Shown in pieces: positions 29,964-40,125 of a stretch of 64,000 bases of DNA; position 1 is the stretch's first letter; each line of letters starts with the position of its first letter. The translations under genes and the position numbers were made by a program. Under the pieces are notes generated by a model that worked only from the letters and a program-made list of their open reading frames with translations, did not search any database and was not told the DNA's origin. The stretch is from an uncultured Chloroflexia bacterium (GTDB lineage Bacteria; Chloroflexota; Chloroflexia; Thermomicrobiales; UBA6265), in assembly GCA_963724295.1 (NCBI GenBank), contig CAVRUC010000006.1:32001-96000 (forward strand), in the 5' to 3' direction.

Positions 29964-30263
29964 TTGGCAAAGAAGAAGCAACAGTACCGCAAGCCGCCGG
30001 TCCGCTCCGCCGCCCCGGCGGCGCCGACCGAAGAGCGCGTCCGCCGCGAGAACCCGGACGCCATCACCGTTGACGGCAGAGTGATCGACGCGCTGCCGAA
30101 CGCGATGTTCACCGTCGAGCTGGAAAACGAGCACACGGTGCTCAGCTACCTGGGCGGCAAGATGCGCAAGAACTACATCCGCGTGCTGCCGGGTGACCGC
30201 GTGACCGTGGAGCTTTCTCCCTACGATCTCACGCGAGGGCGGATTACCTTCCGGCACCGGTAG
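29964..30263 (+). CDS. infA: translation initiation factor IF-1 with N-terminal extension
   Basis: '[12 protein letters not shown]...[33 protein letters not shown]'; RBS GAGGAGG plus TTG. Confidence 0.93.
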   Translation: MAKKKQQYRKPPVRSAAPAAPTEERVRRENPDAITVDGRVIDALPNAMFTVELENEHTVLSYLGGKMRKNYIRVLPGDRVTVELSPYDLTRGRITFRHR

Positions 30264-30291
30264 GTCTCTCTTTTCATCATCGTCCATAGGC

Positions 30292-30330
30292 AATGCCGGA
30301 GGCGCGTTTGTCGCTCCTTCGGCATTCTTG
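30292..30330 (+). terminator. probable intrinsic terminator after infA
   Basis: AATGCCGGAGG...CCTTCGGCATT stem followed by CTT. Confidence 0.5.
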
Positions 30331-30495
30331 CACTTGCAAGCACGAGCATGGGATCTCAGATGGATAGAAGCTGAGGCCCGTTGTCATCTGATACCCCCCG
30401 TGCGGGCGAATTCCACATCAGGGCAGGCAGGCGAGCAGGCACTCGAGCGGTCGCGGAACGATATCGTGAGGCAGGTGAACGCCGTGGCAGGATCG

Positions 30496-31312
30496 ATGGG
30501 GCAAAACGGCATCGCTTCGGTAAACGGCGCGCGGGTTGCGTATGACGTGGCTGGCAGTGGGCTGCCCGTGCTATTGCTGCATGCCGGGATCGGCGACCGG
30601 CGGATGTGGGACGCCCAGGTTCCCGCCTTCGCCGAGCACTTCACGGTGATCCGCTTCGATGCCCGTGGCTTCGGGGAGACCCGCAAGCCGGACGCATCCT
30701 ACTCGCCTCACGCGGATGCGATCGCGCTCCTGGACCATCTCGACATATCGCGGGCGCATTTCGTCGGCGTCTCTATGGGCAGCCAGACGGCCATCGAGAC
30801 GGCGATCGCCGCGCCCGAGCGGGTCTCGGCTCTCGTCGCCGTCGCGGCGCGGACCGGGACACCGGTGTCACCGGCCCTCCGCGCCGGATGGGATCGGGTG
30901 GACGAGCTCTACGAGGCGGGGGATATCGCGGGCGCGGTCGAATTCGAGCTTCGGATGTGGGTGGACGGTCCGGATCGGGGTCCAGAGGCGGTTGACCCTG
31001 AGATGCGCGAGCGGGTGCGCGAGATGAACGCCGCCCTCTTCGTCCGCGACGACGATGCTGGCGAGGAAATCCCACTCGACCCGCCCGCCGCCGAGCGGCT
31101 GGCGGAGATCTCCGCTCCGACCCTGATCATCTATGGCGACAAGGACGTTCATGGACGTCCGCGAGGCGGCTGGTCCGCTGGCTGCCACGATCCCAGGCGC
31201 CCGGCTGGCGGTCATCCCGGACGCGGCCCATCTCCCGCAGATGGAGCGGCCAGAGCTCTTCAACGAGATCGTCCTCGGGTTCCTGCTCGGGCTGGGTTCG
31301 GAACGGGACTGA
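30496..31312 (+). CDS. alpha/beta hydrolase (frameshift near 31150)
   Basis: 'LLLHAG', 'GVSMG', 'GDKD'; the His segment 'IPDAAHLPQMERPELFN' is in a shifted frame ending at TGA 31312. Confidence 0.85.
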
Positions 31313-32023
31313 TCGCGCCGCCCGGCACTCAGCCTTTTCGCTCGGAGCTAGCCTCCGCTCGCCATCTTCGCGGCGCAGCACGCCCACGAGCTCACCATTG
31401 GCAGTGGAAACGATGATGCTGCCAGTCCTCCGCTTCTGCATGCGTGCGACCAACGTGTCGAGCGACGCGCTGGGGCGGACCGTCGTCGGCCCCGCTTCCA
31501 TCACCGCCTCCGCCGTCTGCTCGGGATCACCATCGAGCGACTCGCCGCGGAGGCGACCCAGGACCACTCGCTGGTCGTTGACGACGATGGAGCTCGTCTT
31601 CCCCGCCGCCCCGAGGCGGTCGCGCACGTCGCCCAGCCGGTCATGCAAGGCGCAGGTTGGTGTGTCTCGATCCGCCACGTCTCCGGCGCGTGGGGTGGCG
31701 GCGTCAGGTCCTTCCGTGGGGAGCCCCATGGTCAGCCAGCCGTCCTTGCCGGGGGTGTAGCGATAGACGCGGGTGAACCCGAGTGATTCGAGCCGCCACG
31801 CGGCCCGGGCGCTCATGTCTCAGGTCCATTCCCAGCAGTAGGTGATCACCGGCCGGTTCGGATCGAGGTGGGCGGTCGTCTCCCGGTCGAGCGATTTGAT
31901 GGGCAAGCTCACCGCGCCGGGGAGCCGCTCGGCGTCGTAGCCTTCGGGTTCCCGCACGTCCAGGAGGTAGGCACCGGCCGCGATCAGCTGTTGCACCTCG
32001 TCATGGCCGATCTCTACGGGCAT
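31127..32023 (-). CDS. rhodanese + CBS-domain protein, probable selenoprotein (in-frame TGA at 31822-31820); true 3' end probably ~31330-31350
   Basis: ORFs 32023..31820 and 31816..31127 are in frame: 'VITYCWEWT-TGA-DMSARAAWRLESLGF'; CBS pair follows; RBS AAGGAGGG. Confidence 0.8.
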
Positions 32024-32205
32024 GATGCGGTCCCTCCTTGCGCGTGCACTTGCAGACGCCGTCATAGTACGCCGTCGGTCGAGACGCCAGACCTGACATT
32101 ACCGCGCCACTCGTCTCCGCCTCAGGGGAAACAAGCCCGCGTGTTCAGCCAGCCATAGTGGTATTAGACAAACGCAAAGGGTTCGTGCTCACGTTGCGGT
32201 TCACA

Positions 32206-34516
32206 TCAGCTGCCGAGGGCCGCTAGAACGCGATCCGGAGTGAAGGGCACGGTCCGCAGGCGCACTCCGGTCGCGTCGAAGATGGCATTGCCAATCGCCG
32301 CCGCTACCGGGCAGATCGCGGGTTCGCCCGCGCCCCATGGCGGTTCCTCCGGCCGGTTGATGAGCGCGAGCTCGATCGTCGGGACCTCGGCGAAGGTCAG
32401 AATGGGGTAGGTCGCCCAATTCAGGCTCGTCACCTGGGTCTGATCGAAGCTCACTTCCTCCTTCAACGCTCGGCTGATGCCCTGGACGACGTTGCCCTCG
32501 ATTTGGTTCTCCAGCCCGTCGGGGTTGATGATCAACCCGCAATCATGGGCGGCCACGACCCTCGTGACGCGCACAGCACCACAGCCGAGATCGACCGTCA
32601 CCTCGGCGACGACAGCGACGTAGGTGTACTCGGACTCGTACCGCGCGAAGGCAATGCCGCGCCCATGCGCAGGGGCTCCAGCCGTCACAGTTCGCCCAGA
32701 TCCGATTGGTCCTGACGGTCGCGCCCGCCACCCAGCGGCCTGCGCCGCACAGCGGATCACCGCAATCGCCCGCGGGTCGGTTAGGTGGCGAAGGCGAAAC
32801 GCGACCGGGTCAGCGCCGGCCGCGGCCGCTAGCTCATCGACAAAAATCTCGATGGCCGTCGTGTTCGCCATCCCGCCAAGACTACGCAGACTGCCCGGGC
32901 GGAGTGGCGGCGTTTCGATCCAGTGCGTCGTGATTCGGTGATGGGGAAACGCGTAATTCTGAATCGCATTTCGGTCGCCACCGACCCACCGAACGGGCGG
33001 CTTTGGCCAGGGTGGATCGACGAGCTCGCCGGCAAGGAGTCGACTTGGCTCACCACCCGGTCGGGTGCCATGCGTTGGCGTCCAGACGTTGTAGTCCCAG
33101 GCGATGACCCGACCCGTGGGATCGAGGCCGGCGCGCACGCGAGAGAGCATGGCTGGCCCCTTGGGCTCCCAGGCGAACTCGTCAGCGCGGCCCCATTGAA
33201 CGCGAACCGGGCGTCCGACCGCTTGCGAGAGGAGGGCGGCATCGGCGCTGACGTCGTCGGCGCCGTTGTGGCCGTAGCATCCCGCTCCCTCTCGGTGGAT
33301 GACGCGGACGTGCCCTACGTCCAGTCCAAGCAGTGGAGCAAGCGCCGCCCGAAGCGCAAACACGTTTTGCGAGCTCGCATAGATGGTCGCACCATCCGGC
33401 CGGACATCCGCGACCGCGCACGAGGGGCCCAGCGACGCATGCGCCTGTGAGGGGAACGCATATGTCGCCGCCAAGATCTGCTTCGCTCGGCCGAAGGCTC
33501 CGTCGACGTCTCCCTCGCAGGCCGCGTTCACCGTCTCCTGTGGCATCTGCGGCATGAGCGCGTGAAGCTGCTGTTGATCGGGCAAGGGGGCCGGCGCCGA
33601 CCACGTCACGCGCAATTGTTCGGCGGCGCGAATCGCCTGTTCTTCGCGCTCAGCTACGACCCCGACGAAACTCCCGTTGCGGACGATCGCCACCAACCCA
33701 GGCATCCCGCGCACCGCGCGGTCGTCAATGTGCAACACGGTCGCGCCACCGACGCCGTTCATGGTCCGCACAAATGGTCTGAGTACGCGGCCGTGCAGCA
33801 TCCCATCGAGCCGGAGATCGTGGATGAAGCTTTCGCCGCCCGTGAGCTTGGCGAAGAGATCGGTCCGGGAGATGGACTTCCCGACGATGGTGGATTGAGA
33901 GGGCCGCGTCCGCAGCGCCTGTCCGGTCGCTTGCTGACCGAAGGGCGCGGCGGCCAATTCGCGCGTACGTTATCGACCGGACCGGATCGCCTCGGACGCT
34001 GACGACTCCGTCTCGCGTCTGCAGTTCGTCAACCGGCACGCCGTACCGCGCGGCGGCGCGCGCAAGGAGGATATTTCGAGCCTCGGCCGCGATTCGCTGG
34101 AGCCGGGTCCCGGCGTGCTGGAGCGTCTTGCTCCCGGTCGTTCCACCCTCGTCGGGGGTCAGCTCGGTGTCGCCCATCACCAAGGTGACGCGCTCGAACG
34201 GCACATCGAGCGCTTCGGCGACGATCTGGGCTAGCGCTGTTCGCACTCCGGTCCCGAGCTCGACCTTGCCTGAGTAGACCGTCACGAGGCCATCGGCGTC
34301 GATCTCGAGCCAGTTATCGATGGAGTTTTCGGAGTCGTCAGCGTCCAGATCGGCCATGGAGTGCGCGTCGCCGATAGTTCGGGCGCGTGCCGGCAGGACT
34401 GTCGCCGCGTGCGCGAGGAGCCTGTCTCCGCTGGTGACCACACCGTCGCCGCGCTCGCCCTGCGGCCCGCTCGGGGTCTGTGACATTTGCCGGCGTGCGC
34501 CGCCCCGTGATGCCAT
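32206..34516 (-). CDS. xanthine-dehydrogenase-family molybdopterin subunit (nicotinate dehydrogenase NicB-like; frameshift near 33960)
   Basis: 'SGKVELGTG', 'TPDEGGTTGS', 'GCYGHNGADD', 'HDCGLIINPDG..NQIEG', 'GAGEP'. Confidence 0.88.
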
Positions 34517-35016
34517 CACGCCGACTCCCTGGTTGAACCGCTCAGCTCGGCCGCTCGTTGGACGGCACGCACGATCCGCACATGGGCGCCGCACCGGCAG
34601 AGGCAGTCGTTGAGCGCTGCCCGGATGTCGGACTCCGTCGGCCGGCTGTTCTGCTCAAGGAGATGAGCCGCCGTCATGATGATGCCGGGGATGCAGTAGC
34701 CGCATTGGGCCGCCTGCTCGTCCAAGAACGCTTGCTGCAGGGGATGGAGGTTGTCGGGTGTTCCGAGACCTTCCAGGGTGACGACCTCACACCTCGCGAC
34801 TTCGCACACGGGCAGTTCGCACGACCGCACTGGCTCGCCATCGACGTGGACCGTGCAGGCGCCGCAGCGGGACAAGCCGCAGCCAAACCGAACCGAGTTG
34901 AGATTCAACTCATTTCGCAGGACGTAGAGGAGTGGGGTGTCGGGTGACGCCGCAACGGGGTGCGGACGTCCATTCACCGAGATATCAAGGGGACTGTTTC
35001 GCGCGCCGGCCACCAT
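34516..35016 (-). CDS. (2Fe-2S)-binding small subunit (CoxS/NicA-like)
   Basis: 'GCGLSRCGACTV', 'QCGYCIPG', 'LCRCG'; its TGA overlaps the ATG of the large subunit. Confidence 0.92.
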   Translation of the reverse strand: MVAGARNSPLDISVNGRPHPVAASPDTPLLYVLRNELNLNSVRFGCGLSRCGACTVHVDGEPVRSCELPVCEVARCEVVTLEGLGTPDNLHPLQQAFLDEQAAQCGYCIPGIIMTAAHLLEQNSRPTESDIRAALNDCLCRCGAHVRIVRAVQRAAELSGSTRESA

Positions 35017-35084
35017 GCCTCGTAGCTTACTAGGCCGTGAGTGGAGCGGATGGCCAAGGATCCCACCCGTCACACGGATGCTGA

Positions 35085-36095
35085 TCAGTTCGGCACGGCC
35101 GCCGGCAGAAAATGGAATCGGACTGACGACGGCCGGCCATCTGATCCAATGTCATAGTCCGTGGGCACGGCCGCCTGCACCCATCCCTCATTGCCATCCG
35201 GAAGCGCAATGCGATACCAGAGCCGGTATGCCTCAGCGCTCAACCCGGTTGAAGCCTCTTCGCCCGCATCGACGGCCAGTAGGGGGTAGCGATCTCCAGG
35301 GGTGAGGGTCAGATCTCCGACAAGTTCTGCATCGGCTGCATCGGAAGGCGCGGTCCAGAGCGGTGTGCTCGCGGGTGCTGCCTCGGAGACGACAGCCTCT
35401 GTTCCGTCCGGAATGCGTTCCGGCCAGGCGCGGCGAGCAATGACGTGGGTCGGGTTGCGCCAACCCATGACGGAGGGGTGCTCCGGTGCGTCGAGCGGCC
35501 AGTAGCCGGGACCGGGCGGGCAGTCGAGACCACAGGCGACGCCGTAGCGGGGCGCGTTGCCGTTGACCTCGGGTGTGGTGAAGAAGGTGCGTAGCTCGAA
35601 GTGGAGATGACTCGGCGCCAGACCGTCGGTGCGGGTGAGGATCGATCCCAGCAGCTGGCCGCGCGCGACGGATTGGCCCACCTCGACCGCGAGCGTGTAG
35701 TCGAGGTGCCCGTACATCGAGTAGAGGCCATCCGGATGCTGGATGATGACGACGAGGCCGGGGTACTCCGATCCGGCGAAGACGACATCGCCAGCAGCCG
35801 CGGCATAGACCCCCATCCCACCCGTCTCCCCCTCAGGGAGATACCAATCCTCGCCCGTGTGCAACCAGCCGGGGTTGTACCAGGTGTTCTCGGTGGCGTA
35901 GCCATGCCGCACGAGCAGCCTATCGCCCAGGGGACGGCCGGGGAAGCCCATCGGGTAGCTGTACGCCGGAGCGACCGCTTGTGGCTGCGCCCGCGTTGGA
36001 CGGACGTGGCCGCCGGGAAGCAATCCGGCCGCGGCCATGAGGCGAATGAAGGTGCGGCGGGTGAAATGACACTGGAAGGGCGTGCTCAGGTGCAT
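35085..36095 (-). CDS. Tat-exported M23 family metallopeptidase with C-terminal SH3-like domain
   Basis: 'TRRTFI' Tat signal, 'HTGED', 'YGHL', 'HLHFE'. Confidence 0.85.
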   Translation of the reverse strand: MHLSTPFQCHFTRRTFIRLMAAAGLLPGGHVRPTRAQPQAVAPAYSYPMGFPGRPLGDRLLVRHGYATENTWYNPGWLHTGEDWYLPEGETGGMGVYAAAAGDVVFAGSEYPGLVVIIQHPDGLYSMYGHLDYTLAVEVGQSVARGQLLGSILTRTDGLAPSHLHFELRTFFTTPEVNGNAPRYGVACGLDCPPGPGYWPLDAPEHPSVMGWRNPTHVIARRAWPERIPDGTEAVVSEAAPASTPLWTAPSDAADAELVGDLTLTPGDRYPLLAVDAGEEASTGLSAEAYRLWYRIALPDGNEGWVQAAVPTDYDIGSDGRPSSVRFHFLPAAVPN

Positions 36096-36355
36096 GCGAA
36101 TCGAACCTCGATGTCGATTTCCCAAATCAATGATCTGCCGCGACGGCGACCGGAGACCATGCGTGCCTGCCGCTGGAGAGAGCATGGTTCACCGGCGGAA
36201 CGGTGACGCGGTCGAAGGCGTCTTGATCCTTGAAGGGGAGCGCCAGGTGGATGCCCGGGCCGATTTCGCCGCCCGAGTTCCGCGTAGCGTACAGTTTGAG
36301 CGAAACACACCTCCCGATCACTAGCCGCGCCTGTGCCGGCCGGAGGAAACCAACT

Positions 36356-37102
36356 ATGCCGCGCCGCGTCATTGACTTGCAGGCGCTTGTCGTCCTCACG
36401 CTGCTCATGACAGTCGCTTCGCCAGCAGGCGCGGCCGCCGTCGTGACGGTCTCCACGCCACTCATCGACGCCCAGCCGCGATTCCAGGACGAAGGCGTCG
36501 TCGACGAGCAAATTGCCGAGGACGAGTTCTCGTCGTTCACGATGCCGGGTCTCGTCCCGGATACCATGACCGAGACGGTCCTTGCCGATATCGACGCGTT
36601 CTGGGCCGGGGAGCTGGCGAATCTCGGTCACGACTACTACTCGGCGGGAATGGTCCCGGTCACCGACGTCGTGCAATCAAGCTGCGGACAATTCGGCCCA
36701 TACGACAACCCCGCGGCCTACTGCCCGGTGGATGACACCGTCTACTACTCTGTCCCACTCGGGCAGGAGATCCAGACCACCGTCGGCGATTACGCCTGGA
36801 TCACGGTCCTGGCCCACGAGTGGGGCCACCACGTGCAGGTCGTGCTCGGTATCGAGCCGGAGCTGACGATCGACCGGGAGCTGCAGGCCGACTGCTTCTC
36901 CGGCGCTTACGCGCAGCGGGCGCTGCAGCAGGGTTTTCTGCAAGAAGGTGACATCTCCGAGGCCGTCATGATGGCCATTTTCAGCGGGGATCCGGTCGAG
37001 ATGGATGAGATGGCCGATGGCGCCCATGGCTCCGGCGACTACCGCGTGACCTCCTTCATGGAGGGATATTTCAACGGGTCCGCCGCCTGCCTGGCGTATT
37101 GA
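36356..37102 (+). CDS. secreted neutral zinc metallopeptidase (YpfJ-like)
   Basis: 'YCPVDDTVY', 'LAHEWGHHVQ', 'ELQADCFSG', 'AHGS'. Confidence 0.88.
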   Translation: MPRRVIDLQALVVLTLLMTVASPAGAAAVVTVSTPLIDAQPRFQDEGVVDEQIAEDEFSSFTMPGLVPDTMTETVLADIDAFWAGELANLGHDYYSAGMVPVTDVVQSSCGQFGPYDNPAAYCPVDDTVYYSVPLGQEIQTTVGDYAWITVLAHEWGHHVQVVLGIEPELTIDRELQADCFSGAYAQRALQQGFLQEGDISEAVMMAIFSGDPVEMDEMADGAHGSGDYRVTSFMEGYFNGSAACLAY

Positions 37103-37253
37103 CGATGGGTGATGGGGTGTTGGGTGATGACTCGCTTCGCGCCTGCGGACGCAAGTGGTGATGGGGTAGTTGTTCGCTGCGCTCACGGTGGCGGGATGGC
37201 GGGAGTCGTCCTTCCTGCAACCCCGCCACCCTGCCACCCTGCCACCCACCACC
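37103..37253. repeat. REP-like family B element
   Basis: GGGTGATG arms, TCGCTGCGCTC core, (GCCACCCT)n right arm. Confidence 0.65.
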
Positions 37254-37254
37254 T

Positions 37255-37902
37255 ATGACCCATGACCTATCCCCCGCAATCATCGAGCAAGACGGCGCGA
37301 TCGCCGTCGTCCGCCTGAACGATCTCTCCAAAGCGGTGCCGCTGACCGAGGCGCTGGTGGCCGGCGGGGTGCGGGCGGTGGAGTTCACCTTCACCAACCC
37401 GACCGCCGGGGAGGCCATCGCGGCGGCGTCTGCCGCCCTCGGTCCGCGCGCGCTGATCGGCGCGGGGAGCGTCCTCGACGCGGAGACGGCGCGGGTGGCG
37501 ATTCTGGCCGGCGCGAGATTCGTCGTCACGCCAACGGTCTCCGCGGCAACGATCGAGCTGTGCAACCGCTACGGCGTGGCGACGACCATCGGCGCGCTGA
37601 CGCCGACGGAGATGCTCACTGCCTGGCAGGCAGGCGCCACCTACGTGAAAGTCTTCCCGGCCAACCTCGGTGGGCCGCGTTACCTGCGTGACGTGCTAGG
37701 CCCCCTGCCGCAGCTGAAGCTGATCCCGACCGGTGGCGTCGACGTCGACAATGCCGGGGAATTCATCCGCGCCGGGGCCGTAGCGGTCGCGTTGGGCAGC
37801 AATCTCGTCGACGCCCGCTCCGTAGCGACGGAAGACTGGGAAACGATCACCGCCCGCGCCCAGGCGATCGTCGATGCGGTGGCCCGGGCGCGGCGAGGGT
37901 GA
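37255..37902 (+). CDS. eda: KDPG/KHG aldolase
   Basis: 'GGVRAVEFT', 'GAGSVLD', 'TPTE', 'VKVFPA', 'PTGGV'. Confidence 0.92.
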   Translation: MTHDLSPAIIEQDGAIAVVRLNDLSKAVPLTEALVAGGVRAVEFTFTNPTAGEAIAAASAALGPRALIGAGSVLDAETARVAILAGARFVVTPTVSAATIELCNRYGVATTIGALTPTEMLTAWQAGATYVKVFPANLGGPRYLRDVLGPLPQLKLIPTGGVDVDNAGEFIRAGAVAVALGSNLVDARSVATEDWETITARAQAIVDAVARARRG

Positions 37903-38070
37903 TGGGTGTGGGTCGCTGCGGTCGCAGTGATGGTTCGCTGCGCTCACGGTGATAGGGTGATTACTCGCTGCGCTCGTGGTGGCAGGGTGGCGGGGATTGG
38001 GTCATCGTTCTCCCTGCCACCCTGCCACCCTGTGACCCCGCCACCCTCGTCCTCCCATCACCCGTCCCCC
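37899..38070. repeat. REP-like family B element
   Basis: shares an identical 34-mer with 6184-6217; GGTGGCAGGGTGG / CCACCCTGCCACC arms. Confidence 0.75.
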
Positions 38071-38385
38071 GAAACCAACGCAGGCCCATATGCGTCAGAA
38101 CAGACGAGCGGCGGAGGCCCCCCAACCACGCCGCTCGAGATGCCCAACCCATACCCAATCTTCCCGCACGCGCCCGGCCGAGAGGCCGGGTTCGTGTGTG
38201 GACGGAGTCGGGAGTCGGGGGTCGGAAGTCGGAAGTAGACGGCTAGACGGCGCGTCGCCCACATGCGCCAATCGCCGCCAATGGCCGACAGGTTGCCAGG
38301 CCCGTCCGAGACCGTGCAGGGGGCTTGTCTTCTGCCTTCACCCCCTGAGCGAAGCGACACCCCCTGAGCCGAAGGCGACTCCCCC

Positions 38386-39211
38386 TCAGCGCATTGGCAC
38401 CCGGCGGCGGAGCCGCTGCCATGCGCTGAGGCGTTCGGCGCGCACCGTCAGCCAGTAGGGCTCGTCTTCCTGAATGGCGGAGAGGGTCGACTTCCTCGCC
38501 GAACTGGCGCACCTCCGGGGTGAATCCCGCCGCGCGCAGGATCTCCGTCAGGCGGGAGATGGAGTTGCCGGGGTTGCGCCGGGTGCCGTGGAACTCCAGG
38601 ATCACCCGCCGCACCGGGGAGAGATGCGATGCGGCTTCTTCCAGCACCGCCGTCTCCAGTCCTTCGATGTCGAGCTTGAGGAGATCGATCGGTTCGGTGA
38701 GGAGGGACGAGAGTGTGACGGCAGGCACGTCGACGACCGCGGTTTCCTCTCCCTCGTGCCAGGGCTGCTGAATCGCCGAGTCGCCCCAGGCGCCGGGCTC
38801 CTCATCACTTTCGCTCGTGAAGAAGGGGATCGTTCCCGCTTCCGGGGCCAGGGCGGCGTGGATCGCTCGCACGTCTTCGAGACCGTTATGGGAGATGTTC
38901 TTGCGCAGCAGGGCGAAGGTGACCGGGTTTGCCTCCAGAGCCAGCACGCGGGCGTGAGGGAAGCGATGCTTGAAATAGTGGGTGGCCACGCCGACGTGCG
39001 CGCCGGCATCGATGATCAGCGGCGCGCGACGGCGGGTGTCGAACACGTACTCGTGACTGTCGAAGACGTCATGGCAGATGCGCTCGAACTCTTCGCGGTT
39101 GCGGCAGAAGAACCGGTATCCCCCGCAGGCGAGGACCGTTCGCCCCTCGGCGGCGTCGCTCACGATCTGACTATCTCGCACGGCGCGGCATCCGCTTGCC
39201 TGCTGGTCCAT
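38386..39211 (-). CDS. FkbM-family methyltransferase (frameshift near 38480)
   Basis: 'IIDAGAHVG', 'EANP', 'LLKLDIEGLE', 'LEFH'; shifted tail 'AIQEDEPYWLTVRAER...MR*'. Confidence 0.82.
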
Positions 39212-39264
39212 TCACCACGTCGCCCCCAGTCGTGACCGGCCTGTCGCGGCGGGAAGGGTAGCAG

Positions 39265-39390
39265 CGAGTCGCCTTCGGCTCGGGGGGTGTCGCTGCGCTG
39301 AGGGGGTGCCGGCGGTTCCACCGCCTCAGGGGGTGCCGGTCGCTGCGCTCCCTCAGGGGGTGTTGGTCGCTTCGCTCCCGCAGGGGGGTA
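39265..39390. repeat. family A-related repeat cluster (GGGGGTG.../TCGCTGCGCT units)
   Basis: AGTCGCCTTCGGCTC is the reverse complement of GAGCCGAAGGCGACT at 27925 and 38366. Confidence 0.65.
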
Positions 39391-39543
39391 GGAGACTGAC
39401 GAACTTCCTGAACTTCTGGGGTACTAGCGTACCGACTGACCGCTCGCCGTCTCGCCGTCTCGCCGTCTCGGCATAGCGGGCGAAGGTGAGTCTCGCGAGA
39501 ATAGACTGATAGCCGATAGCCGATAGCCGAACGCTTGGAGAGG

Positions 39544-40125
39544 ATGACGACGCCCATGGGCGATTCATTTCCGGGATCGCTCCCCGGACACATGCAGCTC
39601 ACCGACTTCGATATCTCCCTCGAGCCCGGAACCGCCCAGCATCCGATACGGCCGGTCGTGCAGGGGCTGCGCCTGCGCGTCTCCCCGCGAGGGCTGCAGG
39701 CGCTGATGCAAACGCTCGTCGACGAGGCGGACCGGCGGGCTCCGGTCGGGATCAAGCTCAAGGGCGTTCAGGTCGGCCCGCAAGGGATCGAGCTGTTGGC
39801 GCGGATGACCAAGAGCATCTTCAGCAGCGATCTCTCGACGCGGCTCGTCCTCTCCGCGCCGGGTGGGAACGAGCTGCGGGTGGAGCTGGCCGACACCAAC
39901 ATGCCGGCCTGGGTTCCACTCGACATGCTGCTCGATGAGGCAGCCAGGCGCGGTGGAGACGGCGTGCGTCGTGACCCCGGGAACCGAAGCGCGCTGCTGC
40001 TCGATCCGGCGGCATTGCTGGCACGCGCCGGTGTGCCGGGTCGCTTCGCGCCGGGACGCTGGGATGTGGCGACGAGTGGCGATGGGCTCGTGCTGACCTT
40101 CCGCGAGAGCGCCGGCGGCGCATGA
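39544..40125 (+). CDS. hypothetical protein
   Basis: RBS GGAGAGG; stop overlaps the MFS start (ATGA). Confidence 0.65.
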   Translation: MTTPMGDSFPGSLPGHMQLTDFDISLEPGTAQHPIRPVVQGLRLRVSPRGLQALMQTLVDEADRRAPVGIKLKGVQVGPQGIELLARMTKSIFSSDLSTRLVLSAPGGNELRVELADTNMPAWVPLDMLLDEAARRGGDGVRRDPGNRSALLLDPAALLARAGVPGRFAPGRWDVATSGDGLVLTFRESAGGA

